Positions 26,534-40,295 of a DNA stretch of 64,000 bases are shown piece after piece. The notes beneath the pieces were generated by a model. That model ran no database searches and was not told where the DNA came from. It saw only the letters and a list, made by a program, of their open reading frames with translations. The stretch is from Octopus vulgaris (lineage: Eukaryota): NCBI GenBank assembly GCA_951406725.2, contig OX597823.1, positions 38,998,001 through 39,062,000 on the forward strand, in the 5' to 3' direction. Each line of letters starts with the position of its first letter. The first letter of the stretch is position 1. The translations under genes and the position numbers were made by a program.

Positions 26534-26877
26534 GTAAAGAATTTATTAAAATAACTGAGAAAAATTTTTAATTTATTGGGGGGAAAAATTATATTACGGT
26601 TCTTTTTTCGCCCCATTGTAAGGAAATTATGTTCTGTGAAAGCCGGCCGGTTTTTCTCTTATAACATCACTGTTGTTATTCCCTATTTTATATATTCAAA
26701 CCAATACTTCACTTAAATTTCACTCTGTAAAATTTTAAGATATTTTCAACGAAATCCTTTCTTGAATGTCACCAGAATTGTCAGTTACCACTGTTTCCCT
26801 AATATCTTCATTTTCCTTCCTCAGTCCCATATCAATTAATTAGGGTTGTTTTCTTTCTACGCAAGATATATATATAC

Positions 26878-26928
<51 letters not shown>

Positions 26929-29599
26929 GTTTGCGTTCTTTTTTTTTTCTCTGACTTCTCATTCCAGATTTTGATTTTCAAAATATATAAAGGGAATTGG
27001 AAATTTTTTTTTGCAATAGACGAAAATCTGTTTTAAAAATATCCTAATTACAGTCATGAACGTAATTCTCGTCTAGCTCAAGCTTACCCTTTTTATCTTT
27101 TCCCATTTCGCTAAAATCTCTTAGATTTAATATCTATTATTCACATTGTCCGATCCTTCTCTAATTAATTTGACAAGATCTAAAAATAATTGAAACAATA
27201 GCAATTTCAATTACTTTTCGTTGACGTTTTGATCAGAAATTACTGTCAATCTACTTAAATATGTACCGGGTCTTTTCTAATTAATTTCATGTTCATATAG
27301 TTTTAATTCGTAATGCTTTTGCACATTGTAATACTGAATTTCAAAGTAAAATTTAATTGTCGCTAAAACCCACCTTCACCCTTTTCTTTTTCATCCTTTG
27401 ACGCAGTACCGGTCAGCGAGCACTGTTGCGTTGTAGAAACGAGGGGGAAAAAATTAACCAACTAGAAATACTTTATTTCCAGTCCTCTTAAAATGGTTAA
27501 GAAACTAAAATGAAGGTTAGGCCGACTAGGTCTGCTGTTCTAGTTATTCGCTCGCCTGAAAATTACAGCTCCATAGCTATGTACTTCGACCGGCTTGCAT
27601 TCTTCGTTTGCCATAAATTAACATAATTTATTTCGTTTTTGACAACTATTAGCACTAACATTAGTATCTTATTCTGTCGCAATATATTTAAACTAATATT
27701 TTTCAAGATATTTAAGTTTCATGTCTAAAATTCATGAGCTGTCTGTACATTGTAAAACTTTTCTCTATCACATCTGCATTAAGACATGGATTTTTTTTTT
27801 TTTTTTTTTTTTTCACATTAATAAATTCTCAGCTAAATTTGCTTTTCTGACAAAACTAGCTTTGTTCTATTTGAAATTTGTCTAGTATGTTTCTGAAAAG
27901 TGAAACATTTCCTAATTGAAGTTGCTCTGGTTAATTGTGATGGTTTATTTTTTTTTAATTGCTAATAATTGTCGATCCTCGAGGATGATCTTAAATCCCA
28001 AATTGATAAGTCAAAGAAAGGCATAATTTAAGTTTTGGATGCTAAATGATTTAATTGCGATTTATCTTTGTATCAAGGGACAGTCGTTTGCGTTATCAGT
28101 CATGTGATTTTTCTAATCATCTTAGATACTATAAAATAACTTAAGATATGATTAGGGTCTATGTTGCCCTTTTATCCCCCGCTTTCTATAAGCTACTAAA
28201 TACTTGATATTCGAGACCAACGATTTTCATTTCCCCAAAGTCGGTCCTTTATTGTGATCATTGCATCCCCGCCCTCGTGCCCTAATCCTTCACAATTCTA
28301 AAAATATACAGATGTTAGGGGTTGTTGTGCTAGGAAATATGTCTGGGAGGATGGTGCTGGTTTGTAGAAAGTTGTGAGAAAGAGTAAAATGTCTTTTCTC
28401 ATAAACTATCGAGGCGGAGATAGTGCTACTATTGCGTAGTGTTTTAAACTGACACAGCAGCAGGAAGAGATAGACTGGAGTAGACGAACTTTTTTTATTG
28501 CGCACACTTAAACAGCTAATTTCGCACGCACATGGTTTCTTTAATATATATAATTTTACAGTAAAAAGAAAATTTGAAAATCATTTTATGCACGCATCTA
28601 TCATTCAATGTAAAGAGATGAGCTGTTCTTTATGCGCATAATTTTCTTAATCTACCGAGGTGGGAGGTGAAAGAAAGGGAAAACGTCTGTAGGATAACCT
28701 TCGCGTGAATAAATTTGTTGCTGTGATGTATACGGAGCTTTGTTCGTGTGGTCGAGCTGGTTGACTCATGCCCGAATAATGTCTATCAAGCCTCTCTTTC
28801 TCTCTCCTCTGCAACTTCATTTTTTTTTCTTCTCTCTCTCCCCTTCTCTTTCTGACTGCTGTCAAACAACTGACCTTCACACCAGATTTCAGGAGGGAAA
28901 TTAATATTTTTCGTGAGAATTAGAGTTCAGCGTTCACTATGAAACTGTCTTGACTTCGGTGTGTCTATATACAATTCTGTTTTGTCCCACCGACATGGCA
29001 GTCGGGCTTATAAATGTTTGCTGAACGGTTTAATTTAATGCTGTACAGTAATGATTACAAAGAAATATTGTCAGAACGATGGTTCAAACCAACCGTTTGG
29101 AACGAAGGTAAAGAATATGTACACCAGGTGTTTAGGGTTAGGGTTTTTGTTACGCTTGGAAACGGGTGGTGTACGAATTCTTTATCTCCACCTAGTTTGG
29201 GCTCTAGTTCTTTGACCTGACGGTTGATGATTTTATTTGTTGTCATGGTTATCTTGAATTATCGCTATTGTTTTCATCACTATCCCAAATATTTTCATTA
29301 CTCGTTATTACCGTCACCATAATTGCATAATAATAGCCCATCAGTTTGTGTCCTTTATGACGCCCAAGGAGCAAACTTGGTATTTTTATAAGGACTTTCG
29401 AGTGTCTAGCTAAACTATGATTCAGACTCAACATTGCTTCGGAAGTTGGGCTTAATAGTGCTCATTAAGTTCCACACTACATGATTCTACTGCTAGAAAT
29501 TATCGAATTCAAGATGGAAAATCATTTTTGTTTCACACTAAGGAAAAAAAAAAAAAAAGAAATCAGTTTTTCAGAAGGCAGCTCAGGCCACTATTTGCT

Positions 29600-31330
29600 C
29601 CTTGAAAGAGGAATGATGGGTTGCAAAAGCTAAATAAATTTACAGGCATGTAGACAGGTGTGACATGCACAATTTCTGTGATGTAAGAGACCTATTATTC
29701 AGAAATTTTCATAGCCCCAACCATCAGATAACATTTCTCTATTGAAAGAGGAGTTGGCAATAGCGGATCACTGGAAGAATATTTAAAACAGCAGTACCAT
29801 AAAACCAGTGAATCCAACAGTCATTGAGGAATTTTGAAAAGCCACTGTCAGTTTCTGAAAGTACGGCCTTCGAAACATTGAAAACTATCCCGTCAGGATC
29901 AGACAGTATTCTAATAGAGCTTTTGAAGGATAGTTATCACTGCATAAATGCTCTACATCACAGATACAGGGAACCGAGAATAGTATGCATACAATGTTGG
30001 AAGAACTCTAACATTGTCAACTTCTACAAAAATCTGTGTGCTCTAATTTTGCTGGAATGGTCATTCTAAAAGGTTAGTTTAATCAGTAATATGAAAATAA
30101 ACCCACCACAATCACAGTATGGTCTCTGCAGTAGCTAAGACAGTTGCTGTGATTCTTGTTACAAGAAGAAATGTAAGGAGCAATGGAGGCCAAATCATTG
30201 CTTTTGTGGATTTATAATACTGTAAGTTGAGAACTTCTGTAGGATATTCTCACTTTCACACAGGGAAGATTACTCGAGTTGTTGTTGGAGGGCAGAAGTC
30301 TGAGCTCTTAAGAATAAAAATGTCAGATTAGGTTGTATACTAACTCTTGTACTGTTCTTAATATCTTCATCTTGCATAACTACAGTTACACAAAGGAAGA
30401 TAGGGGTTCCATTTGATGGGAACCTTTTCAACAAGAAAATGCTGAAGCCATCCTAGCTACAATATGTGATCTACAATATGATGATGCCTTAACTCTACTA
30501 GTTCAAATATACTCTGGAAACCTCATGAACCTTCATCGTAGCAGATGTCCACTTTTTATAAGAATGGGCATAAGTTAACATCTTTATTAAAGCATAGTCA
30601 AGATTAAAGCTTGTTGACTATAAAATTTTAATTTTACTAAGGTAATCTCCTAGTGGTACTGCTATCTCCCCTCACTTCTTTCAATAACAGCCACAAGCTC
30701 TCAAAATTCACATATCTTGGCAGCATAATTTCTGATGACTGTATACTGGCCAAGATTCTAAACCATTTCAGGCATACTCTATCTCTGGAACATTGTTCCC
30801 ATTTCCCTGTATGGGTGTGAGACATAGGCCGCATGCAGCTGACACATTAAGACCCTAACTCTAACATAAGATCCTTTCAGTCACTTGGCTAGGCAGTGTT
30901 ATGTACATGGAAATGCAATGCCAATATTGAATTCATCCATTAAAATGGCTTATATATAATGAACATGTCTAAATTGTATCACCTGTAGAGGTTTCTTGAG
31001 TATCAGAGCTCTGGCATGGTCAGTATCTAGCTACAGGACCAAAGAAGCAGTTCAGACAGCCGAAGACTATTTGAATGAGAAGCAACATCAACCCTTCAAG
31101 AGTGGAAACCGTTACTACCTGATGGTCACTTTGGCAATTAGAATGATGGAGCAGGGTGGATTAAAGATATCAAGAAATATGTTCAGTACCATCAGAAGTG
31201 AATGGGTGGGGGAGTCATGCATGCAGAATGGCATCTGGTCTCTGTAACCAAATACTCATGTCTCTATGACAAGCTATACACTGAAGATTGTGTTACAGTC
31301 ATCATTGGATTCAGTGTATCTTGTGTCCCA
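29600..31330 (+). mobile_element. Degenerate RTE-clade LINE (RT region), intronic
   Basis: Scattered motifs: PSGSDSILIELLK, AFVDL (~30200), FDGNLFN (~30412), LQYDD (~30471), FTYLGS (~30707); many stops and frameshifts. Confidence 0.75.
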
Positions 31331-31636
31331 CAGGCATTGCAGTCAGATTATATTTGTGGAATGGTCTGAGCAGCATATATTGAATTATTAGAATGAATTA
31401 TCGTCAGAGCTTGAAGGCTGTGGCTTTTTAACATTAATTTTGTTAGTTGTTGCAATTGTCTTTAATAATTACTATTATCTTGTTGCCACCACTATTACCA
31501 TGCAACAGTGTTTCAACATTTTTAAGGATTTGTGCAGTTTTAGATTCTCATGTTAGTAAATAAGTGGCATTAATTGTGACTGATGTAATTAATCCTCTGC
31601 TAAATGGCTTGTTTTTGTGTGGCTTTTAGTTTAAAT

Positions 31637-31802
31637 CAGTGCTCCACAACCTTTTTTCACTTGCGGTACACTTATATTCTTTACAGAATTCGGCAGCACA
31701 CCTAAACTAAAAATATAACTAAAAGCATAGGGAAAAAAATTATATTCAGGTTACTGTGGCACACCTAGCATTGTCCGGTGGCATACTGCCTGCAGAGCAC
31801 TG
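31637..31802. mobile_element. hAT-type MITE, 166 bp
   Basis: TIRs CAGTGCTC/GAGCACTG; perfect 8-bp TSD GTTTAAAT at 31629-31636 and 31803-31810. Confidence 0.9.
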
Positions 31803-34800
31803 GTTTAAATCCTTGGTTTGATATTGTTGGTCTACCTGTGTGACTATGAGGTAACTGATTTTAGTAAAAAATGGCTATACGCTCTTTACGCAAGATGCTT
31901 CTGTGTAGTCAAAGCAAATTCTTTCAGTAAATTTATACATTAGCATAAATTGTTGGTGCTTTAAGTGAATTTCTTATTTGCTCATCTGATAAAGAACTGT
32001 GAAGTTATTGATTGGGTGAGGCTGGTATTCCAGTGATTACAAGAGCGTATATATGACGTGCTACTTGTGCACTTTTAAGCTGTCGTTTAAGCATATGGCA
32101 TATATTTTGTGTAAAACAGTGTTCAGGTTTATCTTGATTTTAGCACCCATGGTACATCAGCCAAATTTGTTTGTTGTGGAAACACACATAGCAAAGAAAT
32201 TTAATCTTTATATGAAAAATTGTTTGTTCCTCATCAACTCTGGAAAAGACATTCCAGTCATGGCCATCTTGTTTTGCTTTTTTTTTTCATGTGTTTGATT
32301 ACGTTACTCAAGTGTGTGAGGAGTTGTAATCTAGAAATGGTATTAGCAAATTGTTAAAAACCAATGGAAACGGTCTTCGTAGTTCAGCCAGAAGCATGAC
32401 TGCCACAACTATACCACATAACTTTTCATTATCATGTGATATTTCTAATGTGCTGAATTTCTACACACAAATTTCTTCATTGACTTGTATGTGATATGAG
32501 TGGCAGCAGAATTGATTTGGTAAATGGATTTTGGTATAGATGATTGTGAGTACAGACAAATTTCACAATTGTAATGTAGGTTTGAATTGTTCAGGGGGTT
32601 ATTTTTTATGTAAATTGACTGAAATAAATGAATATTGGTAATTTATTTTATCAGTTTAATTAATTATGCATGTAGCTTGTTTATAATTGTCTTGAATTGT
32701 TTTTACAAGTACAATTTTACAGTCAGTTTGTCCTAAATGAAACTTTGGTTCATTTATTCCAGCTATATTGAAGAGTCAACGAAGAAATTTCACGAAATTC
32801 AGTGTGGTTTTGAGTTTTTTGTTGATCACCATTTATAAGAACATTTAATTCTTATGTTTAATTATATTGGAGAGAAATTTGTGAAAGCATTGATTTTAAA
32901 ATTGATATCGAGTTTTTGATTGAAGAAGTATATTGGTGTGATTAAGAAGCTTGCTTCCGAGGCATGTGGTTTCAGTTGTACTGTGTGACACCTTGAGTAT
33001 GTTCTATTTCAGTCCTGGGTTGACCAAAACCTTGTGAGTTGGATTTGATAGCCAGAAACAGAAAGAAGACTTGTAAATGTTTGTGACATCATATGATGGT
33101 TGTAAACAAGCGTCGTCAATTTCCAATCTGTTCTTTAAAAAAAAAAAAGAAATGCCTGATCATGGTGGAAATATTACCCTGATTGGAAACAGATGAGGGT
33201 TGGCAACAGAAAAGGCATCTGACTGTAGAAAATCTCCCTTGAGTCTGTCTGACCCATGCAAGCATGAAAAAAGTAGATATTAAATGATGAGGCACTTGTT
33301 TTGAATTTTAACGTTAGCTACTTCTAAACTGATTGTAGTTTCATTTGCTGACCCATGTAGGAAGATCAGTAACTTCTGACAAGTGAATTACTATTATAAT
33401 GTATGGCATACATTGTATTTGAATGTTTGGAGGTTACTAATTCTAAGAAACTGAGAAACAGGAAATTCTAAAGAATATATACATTGTGTGTATGTGTGTG
33501 TATATATATATATATATATATGTTGATGATGATGATGATACACATACATGCCTTTTACTCTAGGATTGGTTAACGTCTTGTGGGTGGAATTTGGTTGTCA
33601 GAAAATGTTGTGTATATGTTAGATTATTGCTGTAACCCTTTTAACTTTTTTTTTTTTCAGGTTTCAATTAATTTTGAAATGAATGAAAAATTTTAGTGAG
33701 CACATTAAGCTGGTATTTGGAATATAAATTAGCATGAAAGTTTAAATTTAGATCACTTAAATGTAGGAAGTTTGTATCACAATCAAAGGCAGTTTTGGGC
33801 AAGTTAATATCAAAAGGATTAAGACAGTGTTCTGTAGCAGAAACCAGTAAAATGTATATTAGAGGTGATTCAGTGTGGGCAAAGGCTCTGACTTAAGCCC
33901 TAGTCAAACCATTTAACCCATGCCATCATGGAAAATGGATGCTAAATGATTGAGCAGGCTATCTTTTATAGACTCCACCTATCTAGCATTTCAGATGATC
34001 TATTGAAGCATATTTAGTCTGGTCTCTTGTTGAGCTACTCCTATTCACTAACAGACTTTATTTTTAAAAAAAAATCACCACCTGTTAGTTTACACTGTTT
34101 ATCAAAGTGAAATCTCTAATTTAGTTTAGGTGTAATCATGTTTCTTTTTATTTTTACACTTGTATTGATGTGATGCAAGAGTTATGGCTTATACTCCTTT
34201 TCACTAATTTGGGCTAACTGTCAATTGGAAGATGTCTTCAAATAGAAAAACTTCATACAGTATATAATTAGAATAACTGAATGAGTATAGTGATATGTCA
34301 TAGTACATGTGGGGGAGAGTAAGGAGGTTTATATCAGGTCTCCGTTTCTCTCTTAACCTTTTGGTATAAGTTGACATTTAAGATAACTCCTTCAATTGAC
34401 CCAAAAATGGTTACATGGTAGCTTGTCTATGAAACTGAAGACACTGATGTCTGTATGTGTGTTACATGCTTGCATACAAGTTTGTGATAGCATAGTTAGT
34501 GTTGAATTTTGACAGGAAGCCTCTTTCTCACTTTTGGTAAATATTTTTTTAATATCTCTGACAAGGGACTATTTTGTGATGTCATATTTTAGTTGAAATG
34601 GGTTGTGGGAGATAAGATTTAGGACTGGTTTAAATCACTGCTTCTTAATCTGGGTGGTAGCAGCCACTTGGGGTGTTGTCAGATCAGAAAAGGGCAGTAA
34701 ATGTCAGGTGGTGGGGTTATAAATGACATACAGAGCTTTCTTGGAAATAAAATATTTTAAAAAACTTTGTCAGCATTAATATGACACGGTATTGTCAGAA

Positions 34801-35045
34801 AATAGAAAACTTGACTGACATATGCAAAGGTCTATAATTTTGTAATGTAATTTCATAATTTTCATAAACATTTAACATAAGGAGCATTAGTCCTGGTAAA
34901 TATCCAAAGTGAAGCATAGATTGGATGGGATCATGAGAAAATATGGGTAGATACTTTAAACAATCTACCCCCCTTTTTTGTGTGAGGGGACATTTGACAC
35001 CATTAAGTGGGTGGAAGAGGGACGTTACAAAAAAATGAACTGTTA

Positions 35046-35372
35046 TCTTTTACTTCTCATTAAACTGCAGCCATGCTGTGGCACTGCCTTAAATGAATCG
35101 ACCCCAGTACTTAATTTTAAGTATGGTACTTATTCTATCAGTCTCTTTTGCCGGATGACTAAGTGATGGAGACATAAACACTAACACCAGTTATCAAGCG
35201 GTAGCAGGCAGACACAAAAACACGACGGGCTTCTTTTAGTTTTCATTTACCAAATCTTTTGGTTGGCCTGAGGCTATAGTTGAAGACACTTGCCCAAGTT
35301 ACCATGTGGTGGGAATGAACCCAGAGCCATATAGTTGAGAAGTGGGCTTCTTACCACACAGCCATGCCTACA
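35046..35372 (-). mobile_element. SINE copy, same family
   Basis: Aligns along its length to 3669-4056. Confidence 0.75.
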
Positions 35373-36397
35373 TCTGCACTTGCTTAGGTTAATATATGGG
35401 CATGAAAGGTGTTTTAAATTTTGATAAAATTTGAAATTTAAGCCCAGTGTCTTGGATGGAAGCAAGTACTTTTGTAGGCAATTGATTAGACTTCCTGATT
35501 CAAAGATATGGTAGCATTTTAGTAATGGTGAGGCTCACTGTTATAGGCAATAGATTAGATATCTTGATTCAAAGTAGCACTTTAGTAATGGTACATCAAA
35601 AGAAAAATTTTTGGCTGGAACAAAATTTAGAATTAGTTTGTGACAGTTTGCCTGTCAGTAAAAAAAATGCTATATAGATCAAATACAATGTTAGTGGTTT
35701 AAAAGCTAGATGTTCAACCTTTCTCCCATGGGCCCATTCAGTGCCAACTAATTAAAACCAAAAGTCTGAAGCACCAAATAAATAGATTCCGGTTTAGGCA
35801 GGAAGACAGCAATTTTTAGGGAAATGGTTCAGATTAGTTTACTCCAGTATTTCACTGGTATTTTATTTTCCCCAAAGACATAAAAGACAGTTAAACCTTG
35901 GTAAGATTGAACTCAGAGGTGGAACAAGTTGCAAGGCATATTTTTTTTCAACAGCTGATTCTGTCAGTTCACTACCTTAATTCAGGCTTAAATAATTCCT
36001 TCTATTGGCACAAGGCCTGAAATTTTGGGGGAGGGGCTGGTCAATTACATTGACCTCGGTGCTCAGCTAGTTCTTTTAGCAACTCTGAAAGAAGGAATAG
36101 CAAAATAAACACCAACAGAATTTGAACTCAATTTAAAGATGGATGAAATGCCACAAAGAATTTTATCCAGCTTGCTGCCTTTTTAATAATGATACTACAT
36201 TAGCCATATATGAAGAGTAAAAATGTTTTAATGTCTACTTTTCCATGTTTGCACAGATCAGGTGAGACTACATAATGACTGTCGATGTAGTTTGGTTGTG
36301 AAAATTTTTTTATTGTGCTTGCAAATTTTTCTTAAATATACAAATGTTACTGTGACCCACCAAAGATTTTGTATGGTCCTATTTAGGTATCACTGGT

Positions 36398-36603
36398 TTA
36401 ACCTTTTAGTATGCTGATTATTCTGTCAAGTGTACTGCTTATTTCATATTGTTTTGAATTAATCAAGTGTTACCGTGTCACTTCAACATTTTAATGATTA
36501 TTTTTAGAATGACATAGGGTAGATGGGAGAGGCCAGATTTAGCCAGTTTGAATATATGTGGAATAATTTGACTGGGTATGTTCAGTTTAAATGCTAGTGT
36601 TAA
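36398..36603. mobile_element. piggyBac-type MITE, family A (degenerate; a partial copy also at ~51414-51605)
   Basis: TTAACCTTTTAG start, interior similar to 9591-9815, ends TTAA. Confidence 0.7.
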
Positions 36604-39600
36604 AGAATAGTATATCAATCTTAATTGTGGGTGATTGTTCTTAAATCTTGGAGAAATATTTACTATTTTAGAACTTCTTGTATAAGATTCTCAAGTTAGT
36701 CCCTTTATCATTAGTATCCCATCATTTGTTACAACCTGGCTATGTCTCTGTATTGCTACACCAAGGAACATGTTCAAACAGTAGGAATATTAGTAGAATT
36801 TTGTTACTAACATCAATCCCTTCATAATTGATTCCTTTGATCAAGTTAATTGTTCCAGACAATTAAAATTTGTAGAATTCAAGAATCTGTTCCAGGCATT
36901 ACAAAATAAATAAAAATTGGCTAATAATCCCTTTTGGACATATTTGGAAGTGAATCGTTTGATCAATCTGATAGAGGATGGATTTCAGTATTTTGTTAGG
37001 TTTTAAATTTTTTTTATGGGTGGAGTAGTTACAGATTTTAATTTTATATTGTAATTTTCATATTAAAAATATTGCTTTTTCCCAAACATATTTTAGAATT
37101 AGATATTGAGAGAGAAAGAAAATTTTTGCATTTTTATGCAAATTTTCTTATGTAATGTTGGTTTGCTAAAGCAATTTAACACCTCCCCCTTCTACTCAGT
37201 CTTGGAGTGAGTCGCCTGATAAAGGAATTAATTAGAGACCATTATTATGTCCACTAGTCTTTAATTGTGGAAATTGGGCATTGAACTCACCTTCCACTTT
37301 TGTCTTAATTACCCATAGTTAAACTTTGGAATTCTCGACAATCTTTAATATTTGTTTTTTGTTCTTCTAGGTTTGTTAATCTCATAACAAAGTTGTAATT
37401 AATTTTCCAAAGTGGTGCTGCTTTGTTCATTACTGAAGTCTCTTGCTTTTTTTTTTCTATTCTCTCCCTCCCCAAACACCACTAATGGGAATTTATGAAA
37501 CTTAACGAATCTCTCCCATTAATATAGGGTGGAGTCATTAAATGTCTATCTCATAAACATTTATTGCTTTGTGTTTTGGTTGAATATTGTGTTTTTATCA
37601 CAAAGTGAGATAGTACAAATGATTCATTTAAAGTACTTATAACTGATGGATCACTTGAATGAAAATCACCAAAAATCTGTTTCTTATAAATTAATTTTTG
37701 TTTTAGCTTTTAAAACTACTCTTCTGGTCTGAAGGGAATAAAAAAAAAAAATGACTTTGACACTTTGGAGTGGACTTTGAGAAGTTAGATGGAAATTCTT
37801 TTCTAGTAATTAGGTATTATATAATGTATAATCTTGAGATTCATTCTACTGTCATAAGGGCATCCAGCTGTAAAAATCATGCCAAAACTAACCTCACCTG
37901 TGCTAGTGCCATGTAAAAAGCACTGAGTCCACTCTGTAGAGTGGTTGGTGTTAGGAAGGGCATCCAGCCATAAAATCCCTGCCAAAACAGTAGCCTATGG
38001 TAGTTTTTCTACCTGGCTGGCTCCTGTCCTATCCATGCATGCATGAAAGATGGACATTAAATGACACACACACACTCACTCGTTCTGCTCCCTTTGATTT
38101 TTATCTCAATTTTATACTATGGTCCCATTGTCCACTTAAAATATTTTCAGGTATGGCTTTGTTAAGCTCATTTTGCAACCACATTCTTTCAGGTTCAGTC
38201 ATACTGACACTGAGTGTCTTCTATGGCCCTGGTCTGATAGATGCTTTGTGTGAATTTGGTTGATGGCAACTGTGTGGATGTCTGTGCCCCATTCTTAACA
38301 ATTACTGTTGGTTTATTTATATCCCCATTACTTAGCAGTTTGACAAAAGAAACTGATGGAATAAACAGCCTTTAAATAATTAGAGTAAGTTTGATTGACC
38401 TTCAAGGTGGTGCTTCTGTGTGACCACAGTCCAAGGACTTAAATAAGTAAAAGGAAATTTAAATTGGTACAAAATTAAGGCAACTGGTCTTTTGAGTGAT
38501 GATTTTAATCTAGTTATCAAAAACTGGAATGCAGCTGCACTTGTAAACATTTTAGATTAATATACTGACATACTGAGTTTCATCTTTGACCATCTGAATG
38601 GTAACCTTGTTATAATGGACTTTAGTTAAGGTAATGAGTTTACAAATGTTTTCTAGTTATAGTTTACTAGGAAAATAAGATTTGAATAATTCTGGAAAAA
38701 ATTGTTTTTTCAATAAGAAAGGTGGTAATTGAGTAAAATATATAGGATGAGGAATTTTTAGTAATGTGTATTTGCTGTTTTTGTAGACAGTAATGGATTT
38801 GGTGTACCCCAATAATCCTTTGTAGCGTTGGGGCAACATTGCTTGAACACAAGATCAGTTGTGTTACCTGTCATTAATCCTTTTGCTACCTTATATTTCT
38901 TTAACTACACTGCCTTTGATTCAGGTTAATTGTGAAAATATTTATTAAAATAACTTAGTTAAGGTGTTGTTTGGAACATCAATTAACATGAAATTTTGAT
39001 GGGAAATTTTTAAGTCACTTCAAAACAGGATGTTTGTATCGTAAAGCTAGTGACAGTCTCAGGTGGGTTATCAAAAGGGTTAAACAAAATGCATTAGACC
39101 TTGTAAAACATTTCTATGAATGTGAAAGCATTGAAAATAAACTCCTTATTTTAAATGTCATGGTCTCATGACTTAAGAGAAATCCTTGTTGGCCTGATCA
39201 GATTAAGAAGCCTTTATAATCAAAATGGAGGTAGAATTTGGTGGCCTTTCAATTTGTTTAATATTTCCTAATTTCAACTGTTTTACAAAATTTATCTTGA
39301 AAATCTGAAATAGCGAAATCAGCTCTTTATTCAAAATATCAAATTTAGGTAGTTTAACACATTTAAAATAATCTGCAGATTACAAATCAGTGACTAAATA
39401 TATACCACCTAAGGTGTGGATGGATATGACTCATCACACAATAGTCATATAACAATGAAATATAATCTAAATGTCATTCAGTAGTTTGTACTCAAGATTG
39501 CAAGATGGTGGTTTTGATTACCAAATTGAGCATTGTACTGTGTTCTTGAGTGAAACACTTTTCATGCTGCTCTAATTCTCTCAGCTGTAAATGAGTAACC

Positions 39601-39944
39601 CAGAAACAAATGTCCCCTTCAGGAGGAATAATGAAACTATTCAGACTTGTCCTGTTGGAACCAGAGATCTTGGCCAATGGCAAGACTTCATGATTCTGTA
39701 GATTAGTGACTGAACCACCATAGGATTTAATTCACCATAATTCTGCTGAATTGCACTGCTTTGTTTTCCTTTTCAATTAATATTGGAAATATTGAAGGAT
39801 GTAAAAAAAAAATTTGTCATAATTAAACTAAAATGTAAATTAACATGGAATTTTGATGGAAAGCTTTTAGATCAGTTTAAGGCAGAAAGTTGTTATAGAA
39901 ACAAGAGTGGTCTCAGGTGGATTGGTAATAGAAAGGTTAAGTAG

Positions 39945-40047
39945 AATGGCATAGTTGTGTAGTTAAGATGTTCACTTTTCAGCCACATGGTTTCAGGTTC
40001 ACTCCCATTGTTTGGCACCTTGGGCAAGTGTTTTCTACTAAAGCCAT

Positions 40048-40078
<31 letters not shown>

Positions 40079-40295
40079 CTGTCTCTCTTTGTCTTGACAT
40101 AATGTGGTGATAGTTGTAAACAAGTGTCGCCTTACAAGTTGTAGTATTCATTTCTAATCCTCTGTGGGAACGTCTGACTGGGGAGAAGTATCATCTTGCT
40201 TGGAAACAGGTGATGGCTTGGCAGCAAGAACATCCATTTGTAGAATATGTATCTCAATAAATTCTATCTAACCTATGAAAATTGAACATTAAAAT
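39945..40295 (+). mobile_element. SINE, same tRNA head with an alternative 3' tail (related copies ~32935-33290+, 42000-42365-, 60820-61215+, 13180-13535-)
   Basis: Head GGTTCACTCCC...GGCACCTTGGGCAAGTG; tail GGAAACAGGTGA...GTAGAA is shared among the copies. Confidence 0.65.
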
